Origin: Octopus vulgaris
Lineage: Eukaryota
DNA: 64,000 nt
Direction of reading: 5' to 3'
Assembly: GCA_951406725.2 (NCBI GenBank)
Contig: OX597816.1
Span: 85,870,001 to 85,934,000, forward strand
The notes below the pieces were generated by a model that searched no databases, was not told the DNA's origin, and saw only the letters and a program-made list of their open reading frames with translations. Position 1 is the stretch's first letter. Each line of letters opens with the position of its first letter. The position numbers and the translations under genes were made by a program. Below, piece by piece: positions 13,262-25,951 of this stretch.

Positions 13262-13311
<50 letters not shown>

Positions 13312-13314
13312 CTT

Positions 13315-13692
13315 TTTTATTCTTTTACGTGGCTCAGTCATTTTCCCTGTGGACATGCATGCTGGAACCTAGACCTTATTCTTTCTAAGCCTGGTACTCA
13401 TTCTGTGTCTTTTGCCGAACCGCTAAGTTACGGGGACGTAAACACACCTAAATCGGTTGTCAGCGCGATGGTGGAGGCCAAATCACAGACAGAAACACAC
13501 AAATATATATATATATATATACGACAGACTTCTTTCAGTTTCCGTCCATCAAAACCTTTCAGAAGGCTTTGGTCTTTGGTCGGCCCGAAGCTATAGTATA
13601 AAACACTTTCCCAAGATGCCACGTAGTGGAACTAAATGTGGATCCATGTGGTTGGGAAGCAGACTTCTTACCACACTACCACACCTGCGCAT
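13315..13692 (-). mobile_element. tRNA-derived SINE, family A (decayed)
   Basis: Head gcgcaggtgtggtagtgtggtaagaag..ggcatcttgggaaag on minus; homologous to 29165-29596 and 46318-46715. Confidence 0.8.
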
Positions 13693-13724
13693 ACACGCAC
13701 ACATATACATACATACATATATAC

Positions 13725-13930
13725 AGTTCAAATTTACAGAAAAACAAAAGACGATGGCAGGTGTATGAACAACAAGCAGGTGTATTAATTTGACACATAG
13801 GTAAGTTAGAAACTCTTTTACCTTTCGAGCCTACGCTCTTCAACAGAAAAGAATAAGAGAAAATAAACAAAGAGAGAGAGAGAGAGAATAAAAAAAAATA
13901 GGCAGTTAGTTATCAAGCATGGTGGCTGGT
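13725..13930 (-). mobile_element. Solo Penelope pLTR related to the 62.4 kb pLTR, with CUGUUGA hammerhead at 13814-13852
   Basis: Minus: TTTT-CTGTTGA-A-GAGC gtag GCTC-GAAA-GG-TA-AAAG; the gttcaaatttacagaaa end is shared with 63730. Confidence 0.75.
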
Positions 13931-15269
13931 TGGGAAAAAAGGTTTGAGAGGAGCGGTAGAAAGAAGGGCAGATAATAATGTATTGGTGATCCCATATATA
14001 TATATATACATACATGGTTGGTGACCAGGCTTGCCGTGTGTGTGAATAATGAGAATACAAGAGTTACGGAATGTAATTAGTAAGATCTGCGTTACCTGTT
14101 TCATAGAGAGCGGAACCTCAGAAATAGTAAAAATCCAAGCGCTGCGTATACTGCCGGCTACTCTTCAGGTCAAGGATATCTTGATAAAATTAAAGGCTAC
14201 CTTATAGTAAGGAGGTACATGTATGTATATATGTATGTAATTTAGACAGTATTTAATAAAAATAGCCATCTTGGTATCGTAATTTTCGATAATTACCACA
14301 TTCTTGATACGCCAATTCTTGCATTATTTGCATTACATGCCGCGTACTCACAGCCAGCTATGTACTCAGATAGCAACTCAACATCTTTCATATAGGAACA
14401 AATCTAAATAAAGTATCCACTGGTGTTAGGAATAGTCGCCAGCTTTCTAATATGCAACAAGGCTTTCAGGACAATCCTTCCTGTGTATAGCATTTTAGGC
14501 ATTTTTAGCGGTAGTGTCTTGTCTCATAGGAAGATAGAACATTACGGACATTTTGGACAGCTATTATTTATACTATATTAGAACTATCTTTCACGCTGCT
14601 ATGGCACAATCAAAGTATTCTACTACAGTGTGGTCTTTTAGAGGTACTCTGGTCTCAGTTTCTTCTAGAATATCTCCTGAACTTGGATACTAAAGGGTGA
14701 AATGTGATCTGCATAATCCTCCTACCCTTCTCAACAACGGTATTCTCTAAACTTTGGGATAACTATGTACGCATAACTTTCCACTCTTATGACGAAATAA
14801 TTTACACAAACGCAAGCACACGCACTGACATATGAACATACTCACTCACACATGCATATACACACGTGAATGTGTGTGTATGTGTGTGTGTCTGTGTGTG
14901 TATGTAATACGAACAAGAGGAGGAAATATTTATTTGAAAAAATATTTACAAGGTGAATATTTCATCAGATGATAAAGTAAAGTTTATGAGTGTGTTACAT
15001 GTTTTAAATATATTATTACGTTTCCACAGCTTTTAAAATAACGAAATCTAAACAATACAATAAAAATGGAGAGAAAAAGCTCGATTGTCATCTATATGTG
15101 TGAAATCTATATATTTGAAAGTGTTTCATCTTTCCAATGAAACATTCATAGTTTCGTTCAGAGGAGGACTATTTTAATATTCATTATTAGTATTTTATCT
15201 TAGATATAATGCATTTCTTGGTATATTTTGTTTCGCATTTTGTAATGAAATGCCAAAACAAAATAAAAG

Positions 15270-15277
15270 ATATATAA

Positions 15278-15346
<69 letters not shown>

Positions 15347-16035
15347 TATATACGTATACATATATACATATACACACACACACACGCACACCCACACACA
15401 CATATGTATGTATATATATTGCCTAAATAGAATGACAACGTGGCTGATATTTGGAGAAGCGGACATGAAAATAAGCATAAATAATGTAAACAGTCGATAT
15501 TTTGAACGGTGATGTGATTATCAAATTATAAAATGTTCACCGTACCGGAATTTGAAACGAATATCTACGTTAATGTGCATATATGTATGTATCTATGTAC
15601 GTATGTATGTATGTATGTATGTATGTATGTATGTATGTATGTATGTATGTATGTATGTATGTATGTATGTATGTTTGCATGTATATATGTAAGTATATAT
15701 ATATATATATATATATATATTCATAAATATATATGTTTCTATATACACACATATGTACATGTGTATACATGTATATATACATATATACATACATATATAT
15801 GTGTGTGTGTGTATGTGTGTGTATGTGAATGTTTGTGTGTGTGTATGTGTGTGTGTGTGTGCGTGTGTGTGCGTGTGTGTGCACGGGGTGTCCATAAATT
15901 ACCATTGCAATTTGGAAACTTAGAAAGAATAAATAAGGATAACACTGTGGTAGAGTACATTGGAAAACAGGTAAAGTTTTGTTCGAAGGCAAGTTATAGA
16001 CACCCTGTATCTATATATGCATATATATATATATA

Positions 16036-16100
<65 letters not shown>

Positions 16101-16310
16101 GTATGCGTGTGTGTATAAAAATACATACGTACATATATATATACATATATATACACATACATATATATATATACATACATACATATATATATACACATGT
16201 ATATATACATACATATATACATTTATATATATATATATATACATATGTGTGTGTGTGTGTATGTGTGTGTGTGTGTGTGTGTGTGCGTGTGTGTATGTGT
16301 ACATACAGGT
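15270..16310. repeat. Compound (TA)n/(TATG)n/(TG)n microsatellite cluster
   Basis: Direct reading. Confidence 0.9.
15884..16007. mobile_element. Small Tc1/mariner-type MITE
   Basis: TIRs C(G/A)GGGTGTC(C/T)ATAA: cggggtgtccataa ... ttatagacaccctg, followed by TA. Confidence 0.6.
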
Positions 16311-16689
16311 ATATATTTTTCGTTTTGGGATTTGGTTTGAAAGACTCATGTGAGTTCGTGTGTTGAAGCATATTCTATTGTGTCTGGGAAGAGTAATTCT
16401 CTTTTGGCACCTTATAATTTAACACTCACCGCTAAAATTTCCACTTATTTCTTTTTCATTTTTCTAAATTTTCTGAGAGATTTCACGTTTCGGTTCTTGA
16501 AAAAACGAACCTTATGAAATATATATATATATATATATATATATCTTAAAAGTTAAGTGCAATAAAAGAAAAGTTCATTATTATTTCTTACTAGTTTCAA
16601 CAGAGTCTACATTGTATTTTTTATGTGTGGGAACACAATGGCTGTCTTGTGCGTTGACTAGAATCTTTAGCTGTATTAGTGAAAGTCAT

Positions 16690-16781
16690 CGTTAGCTGTA
16701 ATAGCAGTAGTAGTAGAGACTGTTGGTCGTAGTAGTAGTAGTGACCGTGACGGTTGGAGTTGTAGCAGCAGTTCATGGGCT

Positions 16782-16820
<39 letters not shown>

Positions 16821-16933
16821 TTGGAAGTGACTGTTGGCCGTAATAGCAGCAGTGACTGTTGGTCGTAGTAGTAGTTGTCACTGTGGTCGTAGTGGTGGAT
16901 GGAGTTGTAGCACCAGCTGTAGTAGTAGTAGTG

Positions 16934-16973
<40 letters not shown>

Positions 16974-17050
16974 AGGTGGCCGTTGTCTGTAATAGCAGCA
17001 GTTGCAAAGACCGTTGTTTGCATTAGTAGTAGTGATAATGGTGGTAGTGG
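16690..17050. repeat. (GTA)n-rich degenerate tandem repeats
   Basis: (gta)n runs with a recurring gtgactgttggtcgtagtag unit. Confidence 0.85.
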
Positions 17051-17099
17051 CGGTTGAAGACATAGAATTCTTTATTTCTTTTTGCATAACCAATATATG

Positions 17100-18215
17100 G
17101 TTTTAATGTTCCTGGCCCAGTGTGTTTAAACTTGGTCCGAATTTTCTAATTAAATGAAGTTATTTGTTTTGACGTTGAGTTGTAAAGTTTGCGTTATTAT
17201 TGAATTGGTAAAGTGAGAAAGTTGTAAATTTTGGATATTTATTCGATGCACATCTGTCTGTGTGGCGGCTGACAGGTATTTTCCTGTATTCAGGATTCCT
17301 AATTTTGGATTTATGTACTGCCATCCTTTTCCGTAGGCTATATTGCCTATTGCAGCCTGCGCATGTTATCACGTAAATCAGGTTTCTCGATGCACAGATG
17401 AAGTTTGTTGTGCTGGTAAATTGATGGTCTTGTTCTAATGTGTATTCCGAACCTTCTAATAAGATGATACAGATCCCGCAGTTGGGCTTTCCACAAATTT
17501 TAACTGTAGATTTTGTGGTTGTTAATGTGTGCAGTTTAGCCTGAGTTAAGTTTGGTTGCCGTTTACTTTTTATTATGGTGTATGTTTGGAGGATTCGGTT
17601 CATCTTTGGGTCTCCTTTGGGTAGGTAGGGCTGTGCTTTGGAGTATGGCGTTAAATGGGCCATTGTTAAGTGGGTTGTGTGTAGAGATGTAGGGTTGGGT
17701 TTTTAATTTTTTCTTCCTTTTTTGGTTTTGGTTGTCTGATGGCTTGCATATTTAATTTAAGTGCTCGTTGGATTGTTTTGTCTATTAGGGGTTGTGGATA
17801 ATTCCTATTTATGAGTGTAGTTCTGAGTTCCTAGAGACGTGTGTGTCGGATGTTTCTACCTGATACTATGGTGCAAAACCTTTTGGCTAAACAGAAAGGG
17901 ATATTCATTCTTGTGTGTCTTGGATGGCATGAATCAAATGGTAGGTACTGCTTTGAGTCTGTCGGTTTATAACAGATATCTGTCTTTTTGTTGCCGACTT
18001 TCTTAATGAGGATATCAAGCCTGCTTATGTTCTATCGTGAATTGGATGTTTTCATTAATTTCATTTAGTAGTATTTTAAATACCTCAAGTTTTTCTAAAC
18101 TTTCATCCCAGAGGAAAAAGTAGTCGTCGAGATATCTTTTCCAGTTGTTCTGGATATAGTTGGAGAAAGAGTTTCCATATTTCTGTAGTGTTTTCTGGAA
18201 AAGTATTATTTCGCT
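17100..18215 (-). mobile_element. Decayed Neptune-type Penelope element (RT C-terminal part, Cys linker, GIY-YIG)
   Basis: Minus strand WKRYLDDYFFLW (~18110-18145), YKPTDSKQYLPFDSCHPRHT..NIPF, CGKPNCGIC, LIYVITC..C..Y..LRKRMAVH. Confidence 0.85.
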
Positions 18216-18521
18216 GTGGCAGGTTTCAGTCTAAGAAACATTTGAATGACATAGACGAAAATATTTACTAGTAACGAATGCCACAATATTACTTTCACTA
18301 AATCTTGCAAAGTCGAGGACTTTCGGGTGGGGTTCATAGGAAAGTAAAGCTCTATCAAAGTAGCTTTATGAAGTGCTCGTTCTCATTATAAGCAAGGAGA
18401 GAAAGGGGGAGAGAAAAATTCAAACCTGTCAAAACAATATCATCAAACATCATCCCATCATAAACAGGAGTAAATACAGTTAATCCTGTGATTATCCTTT
18501 TATTTCATTATATCTATTTGT

Positions 18522-18633
18522 ATTCACTCTGATGAAGCACCATGGAATGTACTATAAAGATGGAGAATATTATTTTCCGAATTTTCTTTGTAAATACCGA
18601 CTGACATTGACAGCCGAAACGGCCGTAAGAATT
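18522..18633 (+). ncRNA. Hammerhead-like motif with long helix II (probable pLTR)
   Basis: CTGATGA 18529-18535 ... GAAA-CGGCCG-TA-AG; palindromic ACGGCCGT helix III; weak helix I. Confidence 0.5.
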
Positions 18634-18811
18634 GTTATGTAATATTATGTTTTGTATTAAAAAATAATTAACCGATATGGGTCAATTTGTTTGTTGATCA
18701 AAAGGCTTCTCTATTTTCTGCTTATATATAGAAAGAAAAAAACAACAAAGCAAAAGACGAAGACAGCGGTGTAGACGACAAACAGATTTATTAGTATAAC
18801 GCTCGGGAAAT

Positions 18812-19097
18812 GGAAGAAGCCCGTCGATATGCATACGCAGACATACAAGTATATATTATATGCGTTTGTGTGTGTATGTGTGTGTGTGCAAGTGTATTTC
18901 TATCTGCGTTTATCCCCTACTACCGCTTGATAAACAGCGTTGGCGTGTTTATGTTCATGTATATGAATGGTTCAGCAATAGTGATCGATGTAATAAGTAC
19001 CAGGCTTTAAAATATATGTACTGGACGAATAAAATACTTCGATGTGGTGCTCCAGCATGACCCTATTAATGACTAAAACAGGCAAACGATAAAAGAT
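18812..19097 (+). mobile_element. SINE family A, 3' half
   Basis: gaagcccgtcg..ataagtacc..ggtgctccagcatg..atgact matches the reverse complement of 29165-29440. Confidence 0.65.
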
Positions 19098-22000
19098 GAC
19101 AATAAAAGTTATATATATATATATATATATCGTCATATATCCATACACACACATGCACATATGTGTGTGCATGTATACATTCATTCACATGTGTGTATAA
19201 ATATATATATATATATGCGCACTTATGATATAAGCAAAACAGCTCGGGCACTGAGTTATAGATGGATATGTAGTCGTCTGATACGTGTACTTAGTGCTTA
19301 TTAAACTATCTCTAAACACATTTGAACGTAAACTTTCGCATGAAATTCTACTCCAATATTTCCGAGTTTGATATCTATGAGATAATGATAATTGTGACGA
19401 TGCGTCAAATATACTGATCGATAAATAGATTTCATGGCAGGCTACTGGTTATGACCCTTCTAAAATAATTGTACTCTGTATTGATGCTGTTATTAAATTA
19501 GCTTCTTCCTCTGCGATTTGCAGTCTATGTATTAAATGTTTTAATCATATTGTAGTCTGATGTAAACGGACAGAAATAAAATATGATCGTAATTGAATGT
19601 TAGAACTACGATAACTGTCTATGAAAAATGACATTTTTCAGATAAAACCAGCACCACATCACAACTGCACTGTAGATAAATCTTAATTATTTGACTCAAG
19701 TGAAGATCTCTTCATTATGTCATAAGCTGCTCGTTGACAAAATCCTGAAGTATTGATTTTTCAGTCACTAGTGCATCTGTAACTTGGTAGATTTTCATCA
19801 AGACACACACCTACATACTCAAGAACACACACCTACATATATCACTCTGTGTACCTTATTTGTGTACATATATCACTCTGTGTAACTTAAAGTTGATATA
19901 CTATAGAGAGCCACAAAACTGCAGTACTCGCCTTGAGAAAGCTTCTCATATAAACATATAATTATAAAAGGTGTTTAAGTATATCAATAGCAGAAAATTT
20001 GCAGCCAGCAGCGGCGGTGGGATAACAGAATCCTGATTTTTGTGGCCTTTCATGTCAACGGTAGCAAATATCCAAATCAACACAATGCTTAGACACATCT
20101 TGTTCGATATTTGCGACGTTATTGATTTGTTGATCACTGTTTTATCTATACCAATTGTATCAAAATAATTCTGTTATGATTATAACGAATTCAAAAGGTA
20201 TAGCATAGAAATTTCGCGAAAGACATTTTCAGCTACACATTGTTTTCAACAAATCACGATATGATTTGAATAGAGCGCAATCAAACCTTTTCGTGGAATA
20301 TAGAATCGGTGACTGGTCAGGATAAGTATTCGTATTTGGTGATTAAACCAGGAAAGACTGTGGACAAGAGAAGGATCATGCATGAAAGAGGCGTTTCTAT
20401 ATCGTCTATATATCTCATAATTACTAATACAACAGGATTCACGAGAACCTGCGTGGGGAGCTAGAGCGTCCAGAAAATAATTTAGCAGTGTTCATATTGT
20501 GTATGCATAAGAACAGACAATAATTTTGCCTCGAATAATCGAGTTAATTAAAGATAAAAATTATTATGTCATATTTTGGTTGATAGTACTATACAGGTCG
20601 TTTATTATCGGAACGTTTCCAGAGTAATTATAATTTTGTTACGGAATCACCTTGCTATTTTAGAATAAAATTAGAATGTAAGAGGTTGTAACACAAAGCT
20701 TGAATTATTTTCTGTATATAAAAGAAATAAAAGGTCAGTAAACAGAGACTAAACTACACTAATGATCTAGTATAACATTGTTAATGTAGTTTTTTTTTGT
20801 TTTCTTTTGGCATATTTCTAATATGAAAAATATTAGAAATTTAGAAAGTAAATGACCATGATTTACTAACAGGTGTAATAGTATGTTCAAAGAAACGTCT
20901 CAGATCACTGTTTCTAAACTTTTTAAATCATTCACTTTCTCATAGTAGTCCCTGCCGCATTATATCCACATCACATATAGATTACATGTAGAAAAACAAA
21001 CAACGCATTGTAAAACGATTTTATTATCAAATATGTTCAACGTACTTACAATTCAGGATAAGGAGTATGAGTCAAGTAAACTACAGCGTAAATGATATTT
21101 AGTAGTATGTCCAATCTACAACCATTTTATTCTTTGCACAACCCATATAAATTTTCTTCAGGAATAAGTATCGCTGTTGTAGAGACTATATAAATAGCTA
21201 AGATGAAGGAAATTAGAGCTTAGTTTCATTTATGAACTGTTCGGAGAGACAGAGACACATTTTTGAAGGTAATGACTGGGATATTTCAATAGTTTAAATG
21301 TTGATTGTAATTTTACCCTTTCGAAATACATAACCAGATTAAACTAAATATCTTGCTTTAATGTTCGCCAATAAACCAATATAAATGGGGTATAACAAAC
21401 ACCTAGATGTATTTCTCTGTGAAAATACTCTATAAATTGAGACCACATATAAAATCTAAACCCTATGTTAATATAGAATTTCCTATGTTTTATCCGAGTC
21501 ATATGCAAGCTAACATATAAATGAATATGTAGGGTATTCAATCTATTGGTTATTCTTTTTGATCTTTGTGCTTCCTCGACTAAGACAGACAATAACACAA
21601 AGTGTTTTTGATGACGACATATTTCTTCAGTTGTTTCTTTTCCGGGAGGAAATAGGCACCAGTCAGCAAACTTGGAGAGGTTTAGATTTTGACGCGTTAA
21701 ATTGCTCTAAAGAACGAGGAATATTTTGGATTTGGTCCAATGCTAAGTGAGAGTTGAAAAGAGCTACAGCTAATTCAAGCGACAACATTATACTGATGTT
21801 CTATCAACGTTAGAAAGATGAAATGCAAAATGAAAGGTTCACGGATATTGATTCCTGAAATTTAGTTTCCGGTTTTCTATATCATATATCTTCTATTCAG
21901 AATCCTTTTCCACATATACTGGTTTCTTCGACAGGATATGCATGAAGTACAACCGAGATGCGCAAAGAGTTTTTTAATTCATTCCTGTAAAGAAATGCAA

Positions 22001-22225
22001 ATACAAATCAGAAGAAAATTAAATAGACTGAATATTTTGGTTGTAACACGAAAGGTTTTAACTGAAAATTTATTTTTAAAAAGTGAACTTTGATCTGACA
22101 GATAGCGGGACACGCTTTGCGTATTTTCAGTTGTTAATCATCTTCATTTCGGCATACTGTTTATAAACGGAATCGCGATTGCGAATTCTGACAGAAAACA
22201 GATGCACACACATGCGCGCACATAC

Positions 22226-22287
<62 letters not shown>

Positions 22288-22310
22288 ATAGATAGACAGA
22301 AAGAAAGATA

Positions 22311-22531
22311 CAGGGTTGGCCAAAAGTCACCCGACCGACAGTAAATCAAAATTCCACAAGTAGTATTTGTAATTGTGTATTGACTCGAATAGAAAAATGT
22401 GTCGCGCAAGAAGAACTTCATTCTGAACAATTTTCATGTTGTTCTATGTTGTGCTTTCAGTTGTTAAACATGAAGACATTTTAAAATGAAATGGCCTTGA
22501 TTTACTGACAAGTGACTTTTGGCCAAACTTG
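22311..22531. mobile_element. Tc1/mariner-type MITE
   Basis: 20-bp TIRs CAGGGTTGGCCAAAAGTCAC / GTGACTTTTGGCCAAACTTG with TA on both sides. Confidence 0.85.
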
Positions 22532-22564
22532 TATATATATATATATATTCCATTGTGTTATGTT

Positions 22565-22975
22565 TACCGTAAATCCTCGAGTATCATCCGCATTTTTTCC
22601 CAAAATTTAAAGGTCAAAATTCCTAGTGTGTATAATACACGAGGTTAAAAAAGAAAATTATTTTCTAAGCAATGTTCAAGTCTCTATTTGCTGTCCGGCA
22701 ATGTTTATTCAGGCGCATTTTATGATGTCGGGTGCGAAAATACCTTAACCTAAGCCTGAAAGCAATGAAGTCATAAAAGAATCATCCATAACTTGCAGTA
22801 AGCAATATTTATTAAACGTTATTACTATTATTTCTTTATTTTCTGCAAACAAAATGCACAAAAATGCTACACGTTTGCATTATGTTATATATACAATGAT
22901 AATAAAGTACGTTACCGTATACATTTTTACAAACCAAGGACGTTATATAGACCTCCTTGACTCAAGTTAGAGAAG
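22565..22975 (+). mobile_element. Possible pogo-like non-autonomous DNA transposon fragment
   Basis: Starts TACCGTAAATCCTCGAGTAT with an internal inverted motif (tacacgagg); right TIR not seen. Confidence 0.35.
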
Positions 22976-22979
22976 GGGC

Positions 22980-23292
22980 AGACAAGAATTGAAGTGAGGG
23001 TTCAGAAGAAATCCATCAAAGCGAGGATAAAGACCTCTAGCCTACAAGAGAGACTAAGTAAATGGAAAGCCAATTTTCAAATCTTTTGTGGGGAAAACAC
23101 CGAATACATCAAACAAGCGGATCCGTAGTATAGTTGAAGATCCGTCGTATCCTGGATATCAAGCAAGGACCCTTCTCGATAGAAGAGCTTGACGACATAC
23201 TGAGGAAGTCCAAAAAACCGAAAGGCTGCAGGATTGGATGACATCCCTCCTGGCGTCTGGAAAACCGGCAATTTCAAGGATATTCTTCTATG
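22980..23292 (+). mobile_element. RTE-clade LINE fragment (pre-RT region)
   Basis: Reads LDIKQGPFSIEELDDILRKS..RKAAGLDDIPPGVWKTGNFKDILL across a frameshift. Confidence 0.75.
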
Positions 23293-24091
23293 AAAAAAGT
23301 TCAAATATAGTGGAGGCATATTCGATCATGCCAGGAAGCCTTTCACTGTATTTTGTCATGGACACAATTTCTCGCTGTAGAGAAATTGGTGTAGATACAT
23401 CAAGTCAGCGCACTTCGTTCCCTAATCAGACTGTGGGATACATACCTTTTGGAGTGGTTTCCTTTTGTTCAGCAACACGGACCGGAAAAGCAGAAGCTGT
23501 GAACTGTCGAGAGAGACAGATCATTCTGTTAATATGTGATCTTCAATGATATTCTCGATGGCCGAGAATCACTTAAACACTGCCTTACGCTGAATCTCCG
23601 ACGAGAATTATATGATATTGGTAGATAACCGTAGAACGGAGCGACTGGAATAACTCAAACTGCGTTCCGCTACTAACTAAATGCATGATTGTGTTCTAAC
23701 AAACAACTCGACGACTTAATATTTGCAAACATTCCTGGCAAAATAAATAGTGGGATATATAGGCATGTCTGTAATTCTGTAACTCTGTGTGTTTGCGTCA
23801 GTGTGCTTGAGTTTGAGAGTTTTTTCTGATTGTCTATTTGTATGCGCGTATTTGCAATTTCATATTTACGCAGCAATATTGTGGCATTATTATCGTTTCA
23901 AATAAAGACATTTTTTGTGTTTCCTGACATAATTGTGACACTGATGTTGACTAAAAATTCATACACAGAGCGAATAACCATGCAAATCCTCGTATGCGCA
24001 CTCAGACACACAAAAAAGTTGTACGCAGAGACCCAAAAGACATACATACACAAACACACACACACACACACACAAACACATACATATATAG

Positions 24092-24092
<1 letters not shown>

Positions 24093-24170
<78 letters not shown>

Positions 24171-24172
24171 TA
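24093..24172. repeat. (GATA)n/(GACA)n microsatellite
   Basis: Direct reading. Confidence 0.95.
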
Positions 24173-25709
24173 GGTTTAAATATACTTTGTTACTGTGATA
24201 TATTATGTAACACATTGTAAGATAATAAATTATGCAAAAGAAATATTATTCACTCGTTTTGAAATATATTTCCGAAATACAGCCTCTCGATTACGAATAG
24301 TTTTACAGTTAAGCAACAGGTAATCACGATTTTCCCGCGTTGGTTCTCCTTACTGCAATAAGAGTCGAATCAGAAGTGGTATCTTCTAATTTGACTATTT
24401 GTATGTCTGCCAATAAGCGAACACAACATCTGGCATCTTAGATTTAGTAATTTTTGTTCGACAAAAGCTATGGCAACCTGTTTTATGTCAAGCAAGAAAT
24501 ATATTCCGATAGACAATTAATTAAATCATAAGATCTATCATGTGTCACGTAATTTTCTTCGAACATTAATTGATAAAATTTACACCACCAAATAGATTAT
24601 ACCTGATATGAACTGATACAACATAATAGCAGCTAAAGAAGCATATTTAATTGAAATATAAAGATAGCACATGCAATTAAGCTATGTGATTCACTCTAGG
24701 TGTGTGTTTTCGTATGTGCATACATAAATTCATTCTCACTATGCATATACATATATACATACAAATCTACATACAGAGAAACACACACTCGTGCACATAC
24801 ACACACGCACACACATATATATACGCTCACATATATACACATGCGCATACATACACGCACATTTCTACGCAGTGTAAATGGAATGTTTTATGTGTAGGTG
24901 TATGCATACGTATCTATATGGTTCCGAGGGTTGTTAAGAATAATAGATATAAGCACGTTTAACGAATCATACTCCTGCTGATGTAAAACTCAGATCAAGA
25001 ATACAAAATATTCAAGTTTTCTTAAAGTGGTCACCTCAAAAGAAACTGCTTCAACGGAGCAAAACAATTATTTTATTCACTAACAACTATAGCGCCATTA
25101 CGTTTTGAGATATAATTCTGTGAGAACACGGCATCTTGATATAATACTGAGAAGAAACAAAAAAAGGAGACAACTAGATTTCTCCGCACTTCGAATCATA
25201 TGTGATCTGCCAATTAACATGTATATCTATCAAAATTACGGATGGCTCGCTTTACATAGTAGCACCGAGAAATTGTAATCTGAACAGCATTATGTTACAG
25301 TTGTGAGAGTAAACTGAAAATTTATTTTGTTTAATAATTAGGTCCTACATCGTGTCACATAATTTTCTCTGAAGACTAATATCAGGAATCTATACTACTG
25401 AAGTGTAAATTCTGGTTGGTGTGTTGCATAGAATATCAGATTTAGAGAAGCTGCTGATTTTCAATTAATTCAGAATTACGTACGTTCCGAGTTTACTTGT
25501 CATACTGTACTGACATAGAAACAAATCATGTTAATCTAACTGAAAATAACGCTTCCATGTATATATCTATCTACCTCCCTTATTGCTTACTTAATTACCG
25601 ATTTTTGTCACTCCCACTTTCTTGCCGGTATATTAACATGCATGCATACATACATACATGAATGCATACACACATGTATATACATATGTATATAGGTATA
25701 TATATATAT

Positions 25710-25951
25710 AACGGGAAGCTTTATGAAAATAGACAAAAGACGAAGGCAGGTTTACGGAAATAAACAAAAGACGAAGGCAGGTGGAATACAAACAAACAAT
25801 TGTATTAGTATGGCGCTCAGAAAATATAAATAAAACAAGTCTTTAACGTTTCGAGCCTACGCTCTTCAACAGAAAGATACACAGAGAAGAAACACAGAAA
25901 GAAGGAGAGAAAAAAATGCGTACAGAGGCTAGCGAATCAACATGGCGATCT
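25710..25951 (-). mobile_element. Solo pLTR of the Neptune-type element at 59.7-62.6 kb, with hammerhead at 25840-25877
   Basis: Reverse complement closely matches 62406-62619; internal ~30-nt duplication (aaata.acaaaagacgaaggcaggt); abuts (TA)n. Confidence 0.9.

Larger units (their letters stand above)
9405..13264 (+). mobile_element. Penelope-like retroelement (Naiad-type), 5'-truncated, with a long inverted duplication; flanked by (TA)n
   Basis: RT+GIY-YIG ORF on + (11122-12933); 9550-11090 is the reverse complement of 11115-13264 with inner deletions; (TA)n at 9376-9404 and 13264-13308. Confidence 0.92.

Noticed and set aside
16478-16520. Minus-strand GGTTC/GAACC-GAAA-CG hammerhead-like remnant
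   Set aside because: CUGANGA core absent and the cleavage triplet would be GUG
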